Numbered from the stretch's first letter, positions 19,080 through 29,506 are shown. The stretch is 64,000 bases of DNA from Desulfobacterales bacterium (GCA_040771865.1 JAXGZF010000004.1:186001-250000), one strand, 5' to 3'. Notes: a model not told the origin generated them from the letters alone. Made by a program: numbers and translations.

Positions 19080-19232
19080 TGTTCAGCTGATTAATGTGCC
19101 CCATTATTTTCACGATCAACCCGCCTTTGACAATTCCGAATTCGACAATAAATCGCAGCAATATATGCGTCTATTCAATCACCGCGCAGCGGCAGGCATC
19201 CCTTTCGCACCCTGCCTTTCCGCCCTCATGGA

Positions 19233-19543
19233 GCGACCTCGCCGCATAAAGAATCTTATCGGATAAAAGTGAATACTTCATCACTTTTTGAACATAGCGA
19301 CACCATATGTAATAAAATGTCATTATGTCAAGTGAAAAAATTTCCGCATCCCCGCAAAATAAAACCGTGGCTCCTTATTCATAAAAGCGCCATCATGACA
19401 AGCGAAAAAATTTCGGCATATAGTGGAAAATAAGGTTAGGGCGCCGTATTGAATCCGTTTATTCAGTATGAGGGTGTGGATAAATTCTTCGGGAAAGGAC
19501 GGACAGGGTGAGAATTATGGCCGCATAATCGGCGAATATCGGC
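19233..19543 (+). repeat. TetR upstream region, copy 2, with internal duplication and no intact TetR gene
   Basis: Near-gapless alignment to 13683-13797, plus a second CGCCATCATGACAAGCGAAAAAATTTC unit at about 19388-19414. Confidence 0.8.
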
Positions 19544-19547
19544 TTAG

Positions 19548-19690
19548 CAGGCTGTTGAAAAACTGCGCCTGAGGCCGCCATTCAGCGTTGCACGGCTCTC
19601 GCCAATGCTCACATATGCTTGAATATGCCGCACTTGTCGCATCACCGCGCGCCTTGCCTGACGGCCTGATTCTTGTTTTTCAACACCCCG
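19548..19690 (+). mobile_element. MITE family A, copy 1
   Basis: Terminal inverted repeats CAGGCTGTTGAAAAA / TTTTTCAACACCCCG, flanked by TTAG on both sides; near-identical to 45265-45408. Confidence 0.88.
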
Positions 19691-19846
19691 TTAGACACGA
19701 ACCGTCAAAAGCGGTTAGGCTGTGCTCTGATTTGTCGTCAAGGCGTTGCATCCTGCCAGGGGAAAATAGGGGTTGGAAAGGTTTTCGCCTTGCTTCCGTG
19801 AAAGACGATTGTTGGCTGTTATCATCCATGCGTACACGCTCACGCC

Positions 19847-21382
19847 CTAACGGATTTTCCCTCCGCGCTCCATCGTGCGATACTGAACGGCTTCAGACAC
19901 ATGGGCCAGATCGATGTCCGGCTTTTCTTCAAGGTCGGCGATGGTCCGGGCGATTTTCAGGATGCGGTTGTAGGCCCGGGCCGAAAGTCCCAGTTTTTCG
20001 ATGGCGGTTTCCAGAAGTGCCGAGGATGGGGTATCGATTCTGCAGAACTGTCTGATCTGACGGCTGGCCATCTGGGCGTTGCAGTAAATGGGAAGCCGGG
20101 CGAACCGCCGGGCCTGAACCATGCGCGCCGAGGTGACCCGCTGGCGGATTTTTTCTGAGGATTCGGCGGAAAATTCCTTTTTCAGATCCCGGTAGGCGAC
20201 GGCGGGCACCTGAATGTGAATGTCAATCCGGTCCATGAGGGGACCGGAGATTTTGGACCGGTACCGCTGAATCTGGATTGCGCTGCAGTCGCACCGGTGT
20301 CTGGGATCGGAGAGGTATCCGCACGGACACGGATTCATGGCGGCGACCAGCATGAAGCGTGATGGGTAGGTAATGGTTGTCGAAGCCCGTGATATGGTGA
20401 CCCGGTGATCTTCCAGGGGTTGGCGCAGCACCTCAAGCACATGTTTCTTGAATTCGGGCAGTTCGTCGAGAAACAGTACCCCATTGTGAGCCATGCTGAC
20501 CTCTCCGGGCCGCGGAATCTGACCTCCGCCGATCAGTCCGGCATCGGAGATCGTATGGTGCGGTGACCGGAACGGACGATGGGTGATCAGGGACTGATCT
20601 TTTTCCAGCATACCCAGAACGCTGTAAACCTTTGTGGTTTCGATGGACTCCTCAAAGCTCAGGGGCGGCAGAATGCTGGGCATGCGCTTGGCCAGCATGG
20701 TTTTTCCGGATCCGGGAGGCCCGACCATGAGCAGGTTGTGCCCTCCAGCGGCTGCAATTTCAACGGCCCGCTTGGCGTGCTCCTGGCCCAGAACCTCTGA
20801 AAAATCCTCATCCGTTTGATTCTGGACTGAAAACAGTTTGGAAATGTCGATGGTTTCGGTGGGTATCTGCCGGGCTCCGCGGCAGAATTCCACGACCTGG
20901 GAAAGGGTTCTGGCGCCGAGCACCGAGATTCCATCTACGACGGATGCTTCACGGCAGTTGTCTTCCGGAACGATGATGCCCTTGTACCCCGCTTGACGGG
21001 CTGCGAGCGCCATGGGCAGGGATCCTTTCACGGGTTTAACGCGGCCGTCCAGAGAAAGTTCTCCCATGATCAGATAGCAGGAAATCGTGTTCCGGGGAAT
21101 GGTTCCTTTGGCAGCAAGAATGCCCAGAGCCATGGGAAGATCAAAACCGGTTCCCTCCTTTTTGATGTTCGCCGGCGCCAGATTGACCGTAATGCGGTCG
21201 TCCGGAAACGTATAGCCTGAGTTTTGAATCGCCGATTTTACACGCTCTCGGCTTTCCTTGACCGCGGCTTCCGGAAGTCCCACCGTGGTAAAGCAGGGAA
21301 GTCCCCGGGCGATATCGACTTCCACCTCAACCAGATAAGCGTCTATTCCGATAACGGCGCTGCTCAAAACCTTGGATAGCAC
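19847..21382 (-). CDS. comM: YifB/ComM Mg-chelatase-like AAA+ ATPase
   Basis: VGLPEAAVKESRERV, GPPGSGKTM, FRSPHH, LFLDELPEF and NPCPCG motifs; GTG start. Confidence 0.95.
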   Translation of the reverse strand: MLSKVLSSAVIGIDAYLVEVEVDIARGLPCFTTVGLPEAAVKESRERVKSAIQNSGYTFPDDRITVNLAPANIKKEGTGFDLPMALGILAAKGTIPRNTISCYLIMGELSLDGRVKPVKGSLPMALAARQAGYKGIIVPEDNCREASVVDGISVLGARTLSQVVEFCRGARQIPTETIDISKLFSVQNQTDEDFSEVLGQEHAKRAVEIAAAGGHNLLMVGPPGSGKTMLAKRMPSILPPLSFEESIETTKVYSVLGMLEKDQSLITHRPFRSPHHTISDAGLIGGGQIPRPGEVSMAHNGVLFLDELPEFKKHVLEVLRQPLEDHRVTISRASTTITYPSRFMLVAAMNPCPCGYLSDPRHRCDCSAIQIQRYRSKISGPLMDRIDIHIQVPAVAYRDLKKEFSAESSEKIRQRVTSARMVQARRFARLPIYCNAQMASRQIRQFCRIDTPSSALLETAIEKLGLSARAYNRILKIARTIADLEEKPDIDLAHVSEAVQYRTMERGGKIR

Positions 21383-21504
21383 AATTCCTCCTTGAGCGGA
21401 TCAGCGGTGTTTTCATGCGAACGAGGCCGGTATTGAATCGTGCGAAACGGACGAAAGGAACGCCTCAATATAACAAAGGCTCGGAATCCTTACAATCTAT
21501 TTAT

Positions 21505-21860
21505 CAGATTGTAGATTTTTGACAGATCAGGGCGTATTGGCTGATCCACCCGAAATCCGTTATTAGGCGGAAGCTTGCGGGGAGAATCATTGAAAGACCT
21601 CGTTAATTCGAGCAGATATGAGTTATCAAGATTTCACGAATGCCAAACCGTGCTTCGGTTCAAGCTTGAAAAGGCGGATGATCTGATCGCATCGCATGCG
21701 AACCTGGCGTTTTGCTTTTGGATTAAGACACCGCCGAAATAAAACGATGTGAAATCCAGAGGGGGGGCATGTCCAAGTCTCGAAGGATCGTATGGTTTGT
21801 TTTTGAGCTGATACGACTCGAAAAAGCACCTTGCTCAAAATCAATCGTGAATTTTGGGAA
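21505..21860 (+). repeat. Dispersed non-coding element X, copy A
   Basis: Colinear similarity to 29507-29915 (TTGAAAGACC, CGTGCTTCGGTTCAA, GGGGCATGT, AGGATCGTATGG, CTCGAAAAAGCACC). Confidence 0.85.
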
Positions 21861-21912
21861 GATGGGATTAATTTGCGGTTGCGCATCCGCGTAATAGTCT
21901 GGACGTGAATCA

Positions 21913-22310
21913 ATGCCGAAAAAGAAAACAAAAACAGATCAATTTGCCGATCTGACTTGGGATGATCTCGATGACTGGGCCGGAAGCAAGATCGTCTCCC
22001 GGGGCAAGAATTATCAGCGTAAGGGAAGTGTTCATGATTTGGCCGTAACGGACGACGACGGCATGATCGCCCGGGTGGACGGTACGCAACGGTATGCCGC
22101 CAAAGTGGTCATGGATGAATACGGCCTGCCGGATTCGATCTGCGCCTGCCCCTATGAATGGGATTGCAAACACGGTGTGGCGGTTGTGATCGAGTGCCTT
22201 AAGCGGATTGAAGACAACCGGCCCGTTACCAAGGCAAGCCGGGACGACGCCCGCTTGAAGCTGCTGGAAGATGAAAACGGGGAGGATGAATCGATTGATA
22301 AGGCAACCTG
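21913..22310 (+). pseudogene. Truncated SWIM zinc-finger protein (N-terminal part)
   Basis: RGKNY...ARVDGTQRY...CACP-x3-CKH SWIM motif; similarity ends after the acidic linker and the ORF runs on into unrelated sequence to 22434. Confidence 0.7.
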
Positions 22311-22483
22311 TTTCTCTGGGCCCCGTCGTAGGCGCCATGACGCTGCTCCAGCTGCTCTTCACCTATGTGCCGTTCATGAATTCCGTTTTCCAGAGCGCTC
22401 CCCTGGGTCTCATGGCATGGAGCCTGGTGATTGACAACAGACTGATCATTTACCTTGCCGTGGAACCCCAAAAATGGGCCTGA
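22311..22483 (+). pseudogene. C-terminal fragment of a cation-transporting P-type ATPase
   Basis: LQLLFTYVPFMNSVFQSAPLGLMAW...LAVEPQKW resembles the last two transmembrane helices of Cation_ATPase_C. Confidence 0.65.
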
Positions 22484-22839
22484 CGCCGACGGGCTTCCAG
22501 TTCAAACCAGCTGAAGTGATTTTTGCCTGCGCCCTTTACGGCTGTCCCATGGCCTTAAAAACGCCGTGCGCTTCCGGCAGGCAGGCTCAAGGCACCGCGC
22601 TTCGACGGCTGTTCGGCCCGCGTCGGAATCAGTGTTCGGAATCGTTAAAATACGAAATTAATGAAGATCATTCCTGCGTTCGATGCCCTGCAACCCGATC
22701 TCGATACAGGGTTTGAGCTGACTCGCTTCTAGATATCCATCTTCTGCCCAAAAAGATGTTCCGATTTTCAGGCATTGAGAGTATATTAAAGTTCAAAGGT
22801 CCAATTCACGCTTGTTTCAGGATCAGACGGAGGGTTGTT

Positions 22840-23643
22840 ATGCATTTTATTACCCTATCCAGAATGATGGGCACAAAAGGAACGGAAATTGCGAAGCGCG
22901 TCGCCCAGGAACTGGGGTACAATTTCTACGATACCGAAAGCATCGAAGAAAAAGCCAGGGAAATGGGGTTTCTTGACGACATCAAAGAAATCAACGATAA
23001 GGCGCCGCCGCCGTTTAAACGTTTTTTTTCATTCCGATCCGAGGCCAGCCTGGACCGCCTGTATGCCGTGATTTATGAACTCGCCCGCCAGGGAAGCGCG
23101 GTGCTTCTTGGAAGGGGAGGCAACATGCTTTTTCGGTCCATCTCCTATGCGTTTCATGTTCGGGTCATCGCATCTCAGGAGACGCGCCTGCACAATCTGG
23201 TGGAGCGTTCATATACGAGAAAGGCCGCTCTCATGCTCATGGAGAGGAGCGATAACGAAAGAGAAAATTTCATCAAGTTTGCCTTTAAACGGGATTGGAA
23301 TAATCCCGAGCTGTATGACATCGTCCTGAATATGGATAGACTGACCGTTGATGTCGCGGTGGATATGATCTTGTCCGCGATTCGAAGAAGAGAACTCCAG
23401 GGCCACTCCGGCGATGTGACAAGTTTCTTTGACATGATGGAGCTTTCGGTAAAAGTTGCCGCATCCCTTGCGGAAGCCGGTTTCCCCTCCAGCTATATTT
23501 CAGCGTTCGTGGACGAGCCGGGAAAAGTCCGGCTCACAGGGGTTGTGCAGGTTCCCCTGGAAAAATCGGCCGCTGAGCAGGCGGCACGAAACGTCAAGGG
23601 TGTTAAATCCGTAGAAAACAAGATCGAGGTGGTCGGCGGATAG
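22840..23643 (+). CDS. Cytidylate kinase-like protein with C-terminal BON domain
   Basis: ITLSRMMGTKG, VLLGRGG, YDIVLN and the BON motif VRLTG...VKGVKSVENKI; GGAGG RBS. Confidence 0.85.
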   Translation: MHFITLSRMMGTKGTEIAKRVAQELGYNFYDTESIEEKAREMGFLDDIKEINDKAPPPFKRFFSFRSEASLDRLYAVIYELARQGSAVLLGRGGNMLFRSISYAFHVRVIASQETRLHNLVERSYTRKAALMLMERSDNERENFIKFAFKRDWNNPELYDIVLNMDRLTVDVAVDMILSAIRRRELQGHSGDVTSFFDMMELSVKVAASLAEAGFPSSYISAFVDEPGKVRLTGVVQVPLEKSAAEQAARNVKGVKSVENKIEVVGG

Positions 23644-23888
23644 AGCTTCATCTTAACGGAGCGAGGGGGCGTTTTCCCGCGGTTGCCTTGTTATCGTTCC
23701 CGCAATATTCGGAAAAAGACCCGGCTGTAGAGACTGTTTTGGGGAGGCACCCATTGAAAAATATCACTTGAATCCGTTTCCGCTGAGTCGGCAACGGTCT
23801 GTTCCAGGGCGGGAAGAACGCAACGATTCTTGCCGCCCTTTTTATTTTCAAAGCTCAGGAATACGAAAAGACGCAAAATAGCCGACCT

Positions 23889-24056
23889 TCATAACCTTCC
23901 GGTTCGAAAACGATTCGTTTCTGCAGATCCGATATTGATGGTGTGATATTCTTTTTCCTCGGCATATTCCAAAATGGATTCAGAAGTCCCTTCATCACCA
24001 TGACCGGAGAATAAACACACTGTTTCCGGGTTGATTTCTTGAAGGGCTTCTGACAT
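23889..24056 (-). pseudogene. Possible universal stress protein (USP) remnant, 55 aa
   Basis: Own translation contains SESILEYAEEKEYHTINIGS, which resembles the USP C-terminal helix and strand; not in the ORF track. Confidence 0.3.
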
Positions 24057-24134
24057 AAGAAGCCCTGTGCTGGAGGAAGCATGAAATCATGCATCAATCC
24101 CTGTCCACGATAATAAAAGATCATTGAGGGATAC

Positions 24135-25028
24135 ATGAACAATCTCAAAGCCTTTTTCGGGCCGATGAAACCGGCCTTTCTGATTCTGACTCCCGCCTGC
24201 GTGCTGCTGGGTACGGGAACCGCTGCCTGGACCTCATCCGAGCCCGTCAGCTTCGTATATTTTCTCCTTGTGCTCGTGGGCGCGACATCGGCGCATATCA
24301 GCGTCAATGCCTTTAATGAATATTATGATTTCAAGAGCGGACTGGACCTTGTGACCCAGAGAACCCCTTTTAGCGGGGGAAGCGGCACGCTTCCCAAAAG
24401 GCCGGACATGGCGGGAACAGCTCTGGCGACTGCCTGGGTGACGCTTGGAATCACCGCAGCGATCGGTCTTTACTTCGTGGTGGTCAGAGGCTTGAGGCTG
24501 CTTCCGCTGGGCGTTCTGGGACTGGTCATCGTTGTGGCCTATACGAACTGGGGAACCCGCCGCCCTCTGGTGTGTCTGGTCATGCCCGGCCTGGGCTTTG
24601 GCCCCCTGATGGTTATGGGAACGGATTTTGTTCTGACGGGGCAATACTCGTGGACCGCCTTTATCGCATCCCTGGTTCCGTTCTTTCTGGTAAACGATTT
24701 GTTGCTGCTCAACCAGTTTCCGGATTTTGAGGCGGACCGTAGCGTCGGCCGAAATCACCTGCTGATTGTCGCGGGAAAGCGGAAAGGCAGCTATGTCTAC
24801 ATCGCCATGCTGATTCTGGCGTATCTGGTCATCGGCTTCGGAGTTTATGCCCGCCAAATGCCGCCGGCCACCCTTGTCTCGTTTCTGACCGCAGCCATCG
24901 CTCTTCCCCTGATCAGAGGTGTCTGGAAATATTCCGAAGATTCCGAGCGCCTGCTGCCATATCTGGGTATGAATGTTGCCGTTAACATTCTCACACCCGT
25001 GCTGATGGCAGCCGGCATGCTGATCTGA
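24135..25028 (+). CDS. UbiA/MenA-family prenyltransferase
   Basis: NAFNEYYDFKSGLD, FSGGSG and NQFPDFEADRSVGR motifs; multiple transmembrane segments. Confidence 0.9.
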   Translation: MNNLKAFFGPMKPAFLILTPACVLLGTGTAAWTSSEPVSFVYFLLVLVGATSAHISVNAFNEYYDFKSGLDLVTQRTPFSGGSGTLPKRPDMAGTALATAWVTLGITAAIGLYFVVVRGLRLLPLGVLGLVIVVAYTNWGTRRPLVCLVMPGLGFGPLMVMGTDFVLTGQYSWTAFIASLVPFFLVNDLLLLNQFPDFEADRSVGRNHLLIVAGKRKGSYVYIAMLILAYLVIGFGVYARQMPPATLVSFLTAAIALPLIRGVWKYSEDSERLLPYLGMNVAVNILTPVLMAAGMLI

Positions 25029-25162
25029 CTGAACCAAGCCTTGATAACCGCATTCCGAAATCATCAAATCAAGCAGGGTGAGCTGTCATAAAAATCCGCG
25101 GTCTTGATAATGATAATGCTGCTGCAATCTGATCCTCCGGTTTGATGCAATGATATTTTGCC

Positions 25163-25191
25163 TTGACGCTATTTCGGGTTAAAGATAAATT
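25163..25191 (+). promoter_or_regulatory. Candidate sigma-70 promoter upstream of fabH
   Basis: TTGACG-17 bp-TAAATT. Confidence 0.45.
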
Positions 25192-25389
25192 TTATTTTCG
25201 ACCGACCATTCATGGATCGATCCGTAAAAAACTTCGCAGTGCGATGAAAGCGTAAATAGTTCGAGGCGCCGCAAGCCGGGAAACGAGATATCGAAATGAG
25301 CATTGCTGTTCGTTGGATTGTTTATAAATACAAACCGATGGGCAGGCAGTGCAATGGGCCGGAATCCGCGCCGGTAATGTTGGAGCAGT

Positions 25390-26463
25390 ATGATGAATTC
25401 TATTATTATTGGAACGGGGAGTTACATACCCACTAAAAAGGTTCGCAACGAAGATTTTCTCGAAAATGAATTCTATGATCCGGATGGAACCCGATTGGAC
25501 AAACAAAACCGGGAAATCATAGAACAGTTTGAAAAAATAACGGAAATCAAGGAAAGGCGGCATGTTGCAGCCGATCTTGTGACCTCGGACATTGCCTATT
25601 TTGCGGCAGAGGATGCGCTGACCTCATCCGGAATAGATAGGGAAAGCCTGGACTATATCATCGTAGCCCACAATTTCGGCGATGTGAGAGATGTCAATAA
25701 AAGACCTGATTTTGTGCCTAATATCGCCGCAAGGGTCAAACATAAACTGAAAATCAAAAATTCCGATTCCATTGCGTATGATCTGCCGTTCGGTTGCCCT
25801 GGATGGCTGCAGGGAATGATTCAGGCCGATTATTTCTTAAAGTCGGGAGATGCCGGAAGAGCCCTCGTGATCGGCGCTGAAACTCTTTCAAGAATTTCTG
25901 ATCCCCACGACAGAGACAGCATGATATATTCCGACGGCGCCGGTGCCGCCATTCTTGAAGCCGTGGAAAATGCGGAACCGGTTGGAATACTGGCGCACAG
26001 CACCCGGACCGACACGCTGGATCAGGCGTTTATGCTGCAGATGGACAGATCCTACAATCCCGAACGACATGAAGACGAATTGTATCTGAAGATGAACGGC
26101 CGAAGGGTATATGAATACGCCCTCAAGCAGGTTCCGCAGCTGGTCAAGAAAACCATCGAGAAGGCAGGCCTGATTATTGACGATATTCGCAAGGTACTTC
26201 TGCATCAGGCGAATGCAAAGATGGATGCGGCGATATTGGACCGTCTGTACAGGTTGTTTGGCAGGAAGGAAGCCCCGCCGGGCGTCATGCCGATGATCAT
26301 ATCCTGGCTTGGAAACAACTCGGTGGCCAGCGTGCCGACGCTTCTGGACCTGCTGCTGAAAGGAAGACTCGACAATCACGATCTGAATCAACGGGATGTC
26401 ATTCTGATGGCTTCCGTGGGGGCGGGCATGAACGTCAATGCGATGGCGTACAGGATGCCGTGA
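25390..26463 (+). CDS. fabH: 3-oxoacyl-ACP synthase III family protein
   Basis: Catalytic Cys (FGCPGW), His (HQAN) and Asn (GNNS); DGAGA motif. Confidence 0.9.
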   Translation: MMNSIIIGTGSYIPTKKVRNEDFLENEFYDPDGTRLDKQNREIIEQFEKITEIKERRHVAADLVTSDIAYFAAEDALTSSGIDRESLDYIIVAHNFGDVRDVNKRPDFVPNIAARVKHKLKIKNSDSIAYDLPFGCPGWLQGMIQADYFLKSGDAGRALVIGAETLSRISDPHDRDSMIYSDGAGAAILEAVENAEPVGILAHSTRTDTLDQAFMLQMDRSYNPERHEDELYLKMNGRRVYEYALKQVPQLVKKTIEKAGLIIDDIRKVLLHQANAKMDAAILDRLYRLFGRKEAPPGVMPMIISWLGNNSVASVPTLLDLLLKGRLDNHDLNQRDVILMASVGAGMNVNAMAYRMP

Positions 26464-26510
26464 TCTTACCGTTCGGCACGCCCCGGTTCTATTCAACATA
26501 AAAACAGTCA

Positions 26511-26544
26511 AAAGCCATGGGCTTAGGCAGGCCGTGGTTTTTTT
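26511..26544 (+). terminator. Intrinsic terminator after fabH
   Basis: AAAGCCATGG...CCGTGGTTT stem with a T7 run. Confidence 0.65.
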
Positions 26545-26570
26545 GTTGTTTCCATTTTGAGGAGAATAAC

Positions 26571-28637
26571 ATGTATGCTTTAAACGAATATGAGGCCAAG
26601 CTACTGCTGAAAAAACAGGGGATTCCCGTCGTTGAAGAATATCAGGCAGCCGGAATTCAGGAAGCCTTGAAGGCGGCCGAAAATATCGGTTATCCGGTTG
26701 TTCTCAAGGTCTGCTCTGCCGATGTCCTGCATAAGAGCGACCGCGGCGGAGTGATTCTGAATGTCCAGACAGCATCAGCCCTGCAAGAAGCAGCGGACCG
26801 GATCAATGCAAGCTTCAGCGAACCCCATACCCTGCTGGTTCAGAAAATGGCGCCAGCCGGAACGGAGCTGATCATCGGGGCAAAACGTGATCCGGTTTTC
26901 GGTCCGACGGTTCTGGCCGGCATGGGAGGGGTTCTGGCCGAGGTCTTCAAGGATGCCGCCGTTGAGCTGGCACCGGTCGATCTGAATACGGCCCGGAAAA
27001 TGCTCAACCGCCTTCGCGGCGCGTCGATTCTCTATGGCTGCCGCGGCCGAGCGCCTCTGGACATCGATGCCGCCGCCCGCGCAATCGTTGTGCTCTCAAA
27101 ACTCATATTCGAGCGGAAGGATATCTTCGAGATAGACGTCAATCCCCTGCTTCTGTACCCGTCGGGCGCAACTGCAGTCGATGCTCTGGTATGTTATGGC
27201 GATGTTAAACCCGCCGCCCTTGAGACAAGACCGGTGCCTTCCGGCCTGGACGGTTTTTTCAATCCGCGGTCTGTTGCGGTCATCGGCGCATCCAGTCTGC
27301 CCGGAAAAGGCGGTCATATCATTCTGAAGAATTTTATACGAGCAGGCTATTCAGGAAAATTGTACCCGGTCAACCCATCCGCAGAAGATATTCTGGGTCT
27401 GAAAACCTATAAAACCGTGCTGGATATTCCGGAAGCCGTCGACATGGTCATGATCGTCATACCCAAGGCGGGCGTGGATGGCGCCATCGACCGGTGCATT
27501 CAAAAAGGGGTTCAAAATATCATTCTGAGCACCGGCGGTTATTCGGATATCGGAGGGGAAGGCACCGCCGATCAGCAAAAGCTGGTGGAAAAGACCGGCG
27601 CCGCCGGCATTCGGCTCATGGGACCCAACAGCATAGGAACGATCAATCCCCACAGCGGCGTTTCCACCTCCATTGTCAGTCTGGATCCCATCGGCCATGG
27701 CGGTGTTTCGCTCTTCGGGCAGAGCGGCGTGTTTTCGTCCGGATGGGCCCGGTGGGTCGGAGACCATCATCCATTCGGAGTCGCCAAGATAGCCTGCATC
27801 GGCAACAAGGGCGATGTCGATGAAACCGACGTTCTCGAATATCTGACCGGAGATTTTGAAACTACGGCCATCGGCATGTATCTTGAGGGCGTTTCGGAAG
27901 GGATCCGCTTCGTGGATGTGGCGGGAAAAGCCTGCATTCAGAAGCCCGTTGTGGTTCTGAAGTCGGGGCGAACGGAATCCGGCGCCCAGGCCATCGCTTC
28001 TCATACCGGAAGCCTTGCCGGATCGGACGCGGTCTTTGATGCGGTCTGCCGAAAAACGGGAATGATTCGCGTCCCTGATTCCGAGGCCTTTTTTGACGCT
28101 CTGGCCGCCTTTGAGATGCTTCCGCTGCCCAAAGGCAACCGAATGGGAGCTCTGTCTATCACCGGCCTGGGTTGTGTGCTGACCACGGATGTCGCCGAGG
28201 AACTCGGCATCAGCCTTTCACGGCTGCACGCTTCAACGCAACAAAGGATCCGCGAGGTGATGCCGGACTGGGCGCCGCTTCGAAATCCGGTGGACATCTG
28301 GTCTGCCGTGGAGCAGCACGGGTCCGCAAAAACCATGAGCCATATCGCCCGGTGTCTTCTCGAACAGGACGACATCGACAGCGTCCTGATTATTTTTGTG
28401 GTGATGCCCGAATCCATATTCGATATCGAGGCGGCCTTTGGACCTCTGGTCAAAGACTTCCCCGGCAAACCGGTGATTGTATCATATTTCGGGGGAAGCG
28501 CTCAGGAGATTCGCCACATTCGGAACGGATTTTCGCGTATCGGAGTTCCCTGTTATCCGACCCCGGAACGGGCTCTCAGGGCCTTCAAGGCCATGACCGA
28601 TTATGCTGGATTCATAAAGGCCGGAAGTGCGGCCTGA
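26571..28637 (+). CDS. ADP-forming acyl-CoA synthetase (acetate-CoA ligase family), beta-alpha fusion
   Basis: N-terminal ATP-grasp (GYPVVLK, HKSDRGGV, DVNPL) followed by FNPRSVAVIGAS, GPNSIG and SHTGSLAG. ATG 26571 has a GAGGAG RBS. Confidence 0.92.
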   Translation: MYALNEYEAKLLLKKQGIPVVEEYQAAGIQEALKAAENIGYPVVLKVCSADVLHKSDRGGVILNVQTASALQEAADRINASFSEPHTLLVQKMAPAGTELIIGAKRDPVFGPTVLAGMGGVLAEVFKDAAVELAPVDLNTARKMLNRLRGASILYGCRGRAPLDIDAAARAIVVLSKLIFERKDIFEIDVNPLLLYPSGATAVDALVCYGDVKPAALETRPVPSGLDGFFNPRSVAVIGASSLPGKGGHIILKNFIRAGYSGKLYPVNPSAEDILGLKTYKTVLDIPEAVDMVMIVIPKAGVDGAIDRCIQKGVQNIILSTGGYSDIGGEGTADQQKLVEKTGAAGIRLMGPNSIGTINPHSGVSTSIVSLDPIGHGGVSLFGQSGVFSSGWARWVGDHHPFGVAKIACIGNKGDVDETDVLEYLTGDFETTAIGMYLEGVSEGIRFVDVAGKACIQKPVVVLKSGRTESGAQAIASHTGSLAGSDAVFDAVCRKTGMIRVPDSEAFFDALAAFEMLPLPKGNRMGALSITGLGCVLTTDVAEELGISLSRLHASTQQRIREVMPDWAPLRNPVDIWSAVEQHGSAKTMSHIARCLLEQDDIDSVLIIFVVMPESIFDIEAAFGPLVKDFPGKPVIVSYFGGSAQEIRHIRNGFSRIGVPCYPTPERALRAFKAMTDYAGFIKAGSAA

Positions 28638-28715
28638 TTTTAAAGCGTCAGGAAAATTTTATCACAAAGCCAAATTGTCTCCGGGCTTTATAGCGTGAAC
28701 GATCAAGGGTAGATA

Positions 28716-29387
28716 CTATTTAAGGGCGCGGTAATAACTGTCCAGCGTGTAGACGGCCGCCAGAGGGTTGTGCCCCAGTAGACGGTCCTTGACTGCCAGG
28801 ACCGTGCAGGGTGCCTGGGAATATTTAAAAAACAGCGAATCATGACCCACGCACAATCCCAGCAGAATATTGAACTGGGTTTTTTCGTCATTGAGTATCA
28901 TGGCCTGGAGAACGGGATTGCACATGGATTCAAAGGTGCTAGGCACCACTTTTTCCGCTTCCCGAATGCCGATTGCCTCCTTGGGAACCCGGCCGGCCTT
29001 GCAGACGACGGAAATCATGTCAAATCCATGATCGGCCATCAGCTTTTCCACTATTTTGGCCTCGTTTCGAAGCCCGACGCAGAAAGCCAGCCCCAGTCGC
29101 CGGTAATTCATCCGCCAGGCAAACTCGATAGTCTCTTGAATTCTGGACCGGATGGGATGAATCCGCGAATATCCCAGGTGACGGTCCCCGTAACCCGCGC
29201 TTTCCTGAAGCGACGCCTGCCGGGCAAATTCACAGGTTTCGGCATCCTGATATGCCTGAAGGCTCTGTTCAATACAATGAGGCTTATACTGAGTAGGGCA
29301 TCCATTCGGGGCCTTGCCGTTTTCAATTTTGCACAGCCGCTGACTCATTTCAAAAGGACACCGGGCGCATCGGGGGCTGATTTCCAT
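28716..29387 (-). CDS. DUF1847 family putative metal-binding protein
   Basis: GLAFCVGL, SVVCKAG, MCNP..QA..LN, GLCVGHDSLF and KDRLLGHNPL motifs; AAGGAG RBS. Confidence 0.88.
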   Translation of the reverse strand: MEISPRCARCPFEMSQRLCKIENGKAPNGCPTQYKPHCIEQSLQAYQDAETCEFARQASLQESAGYGDRHLGYSRIHPIRSRIQETIEFAWRMNYRRLGLAFCVGLRNEAKIVEKLMADHGFDMISVVCKAGRVPKEAIGIREAEKVVPSTFESMCNPVLQAMILNDEKTQFNILLGLCVGHDSLFFKYSQAPCTVLAVKDRLLGHNPLAAVYTLDSYYRALK

Positions 29388-29506
29388 GGCGACACTCCTT
29401 GATTTTCTGATGATCTGACAGGCAGTCCGCCTTGTATTCGAAGAGTTCGAACGCATTACGAAGACACCATGTTAAAATTCATGCGCTGTCTGTATCATAA
29501 GAACGT

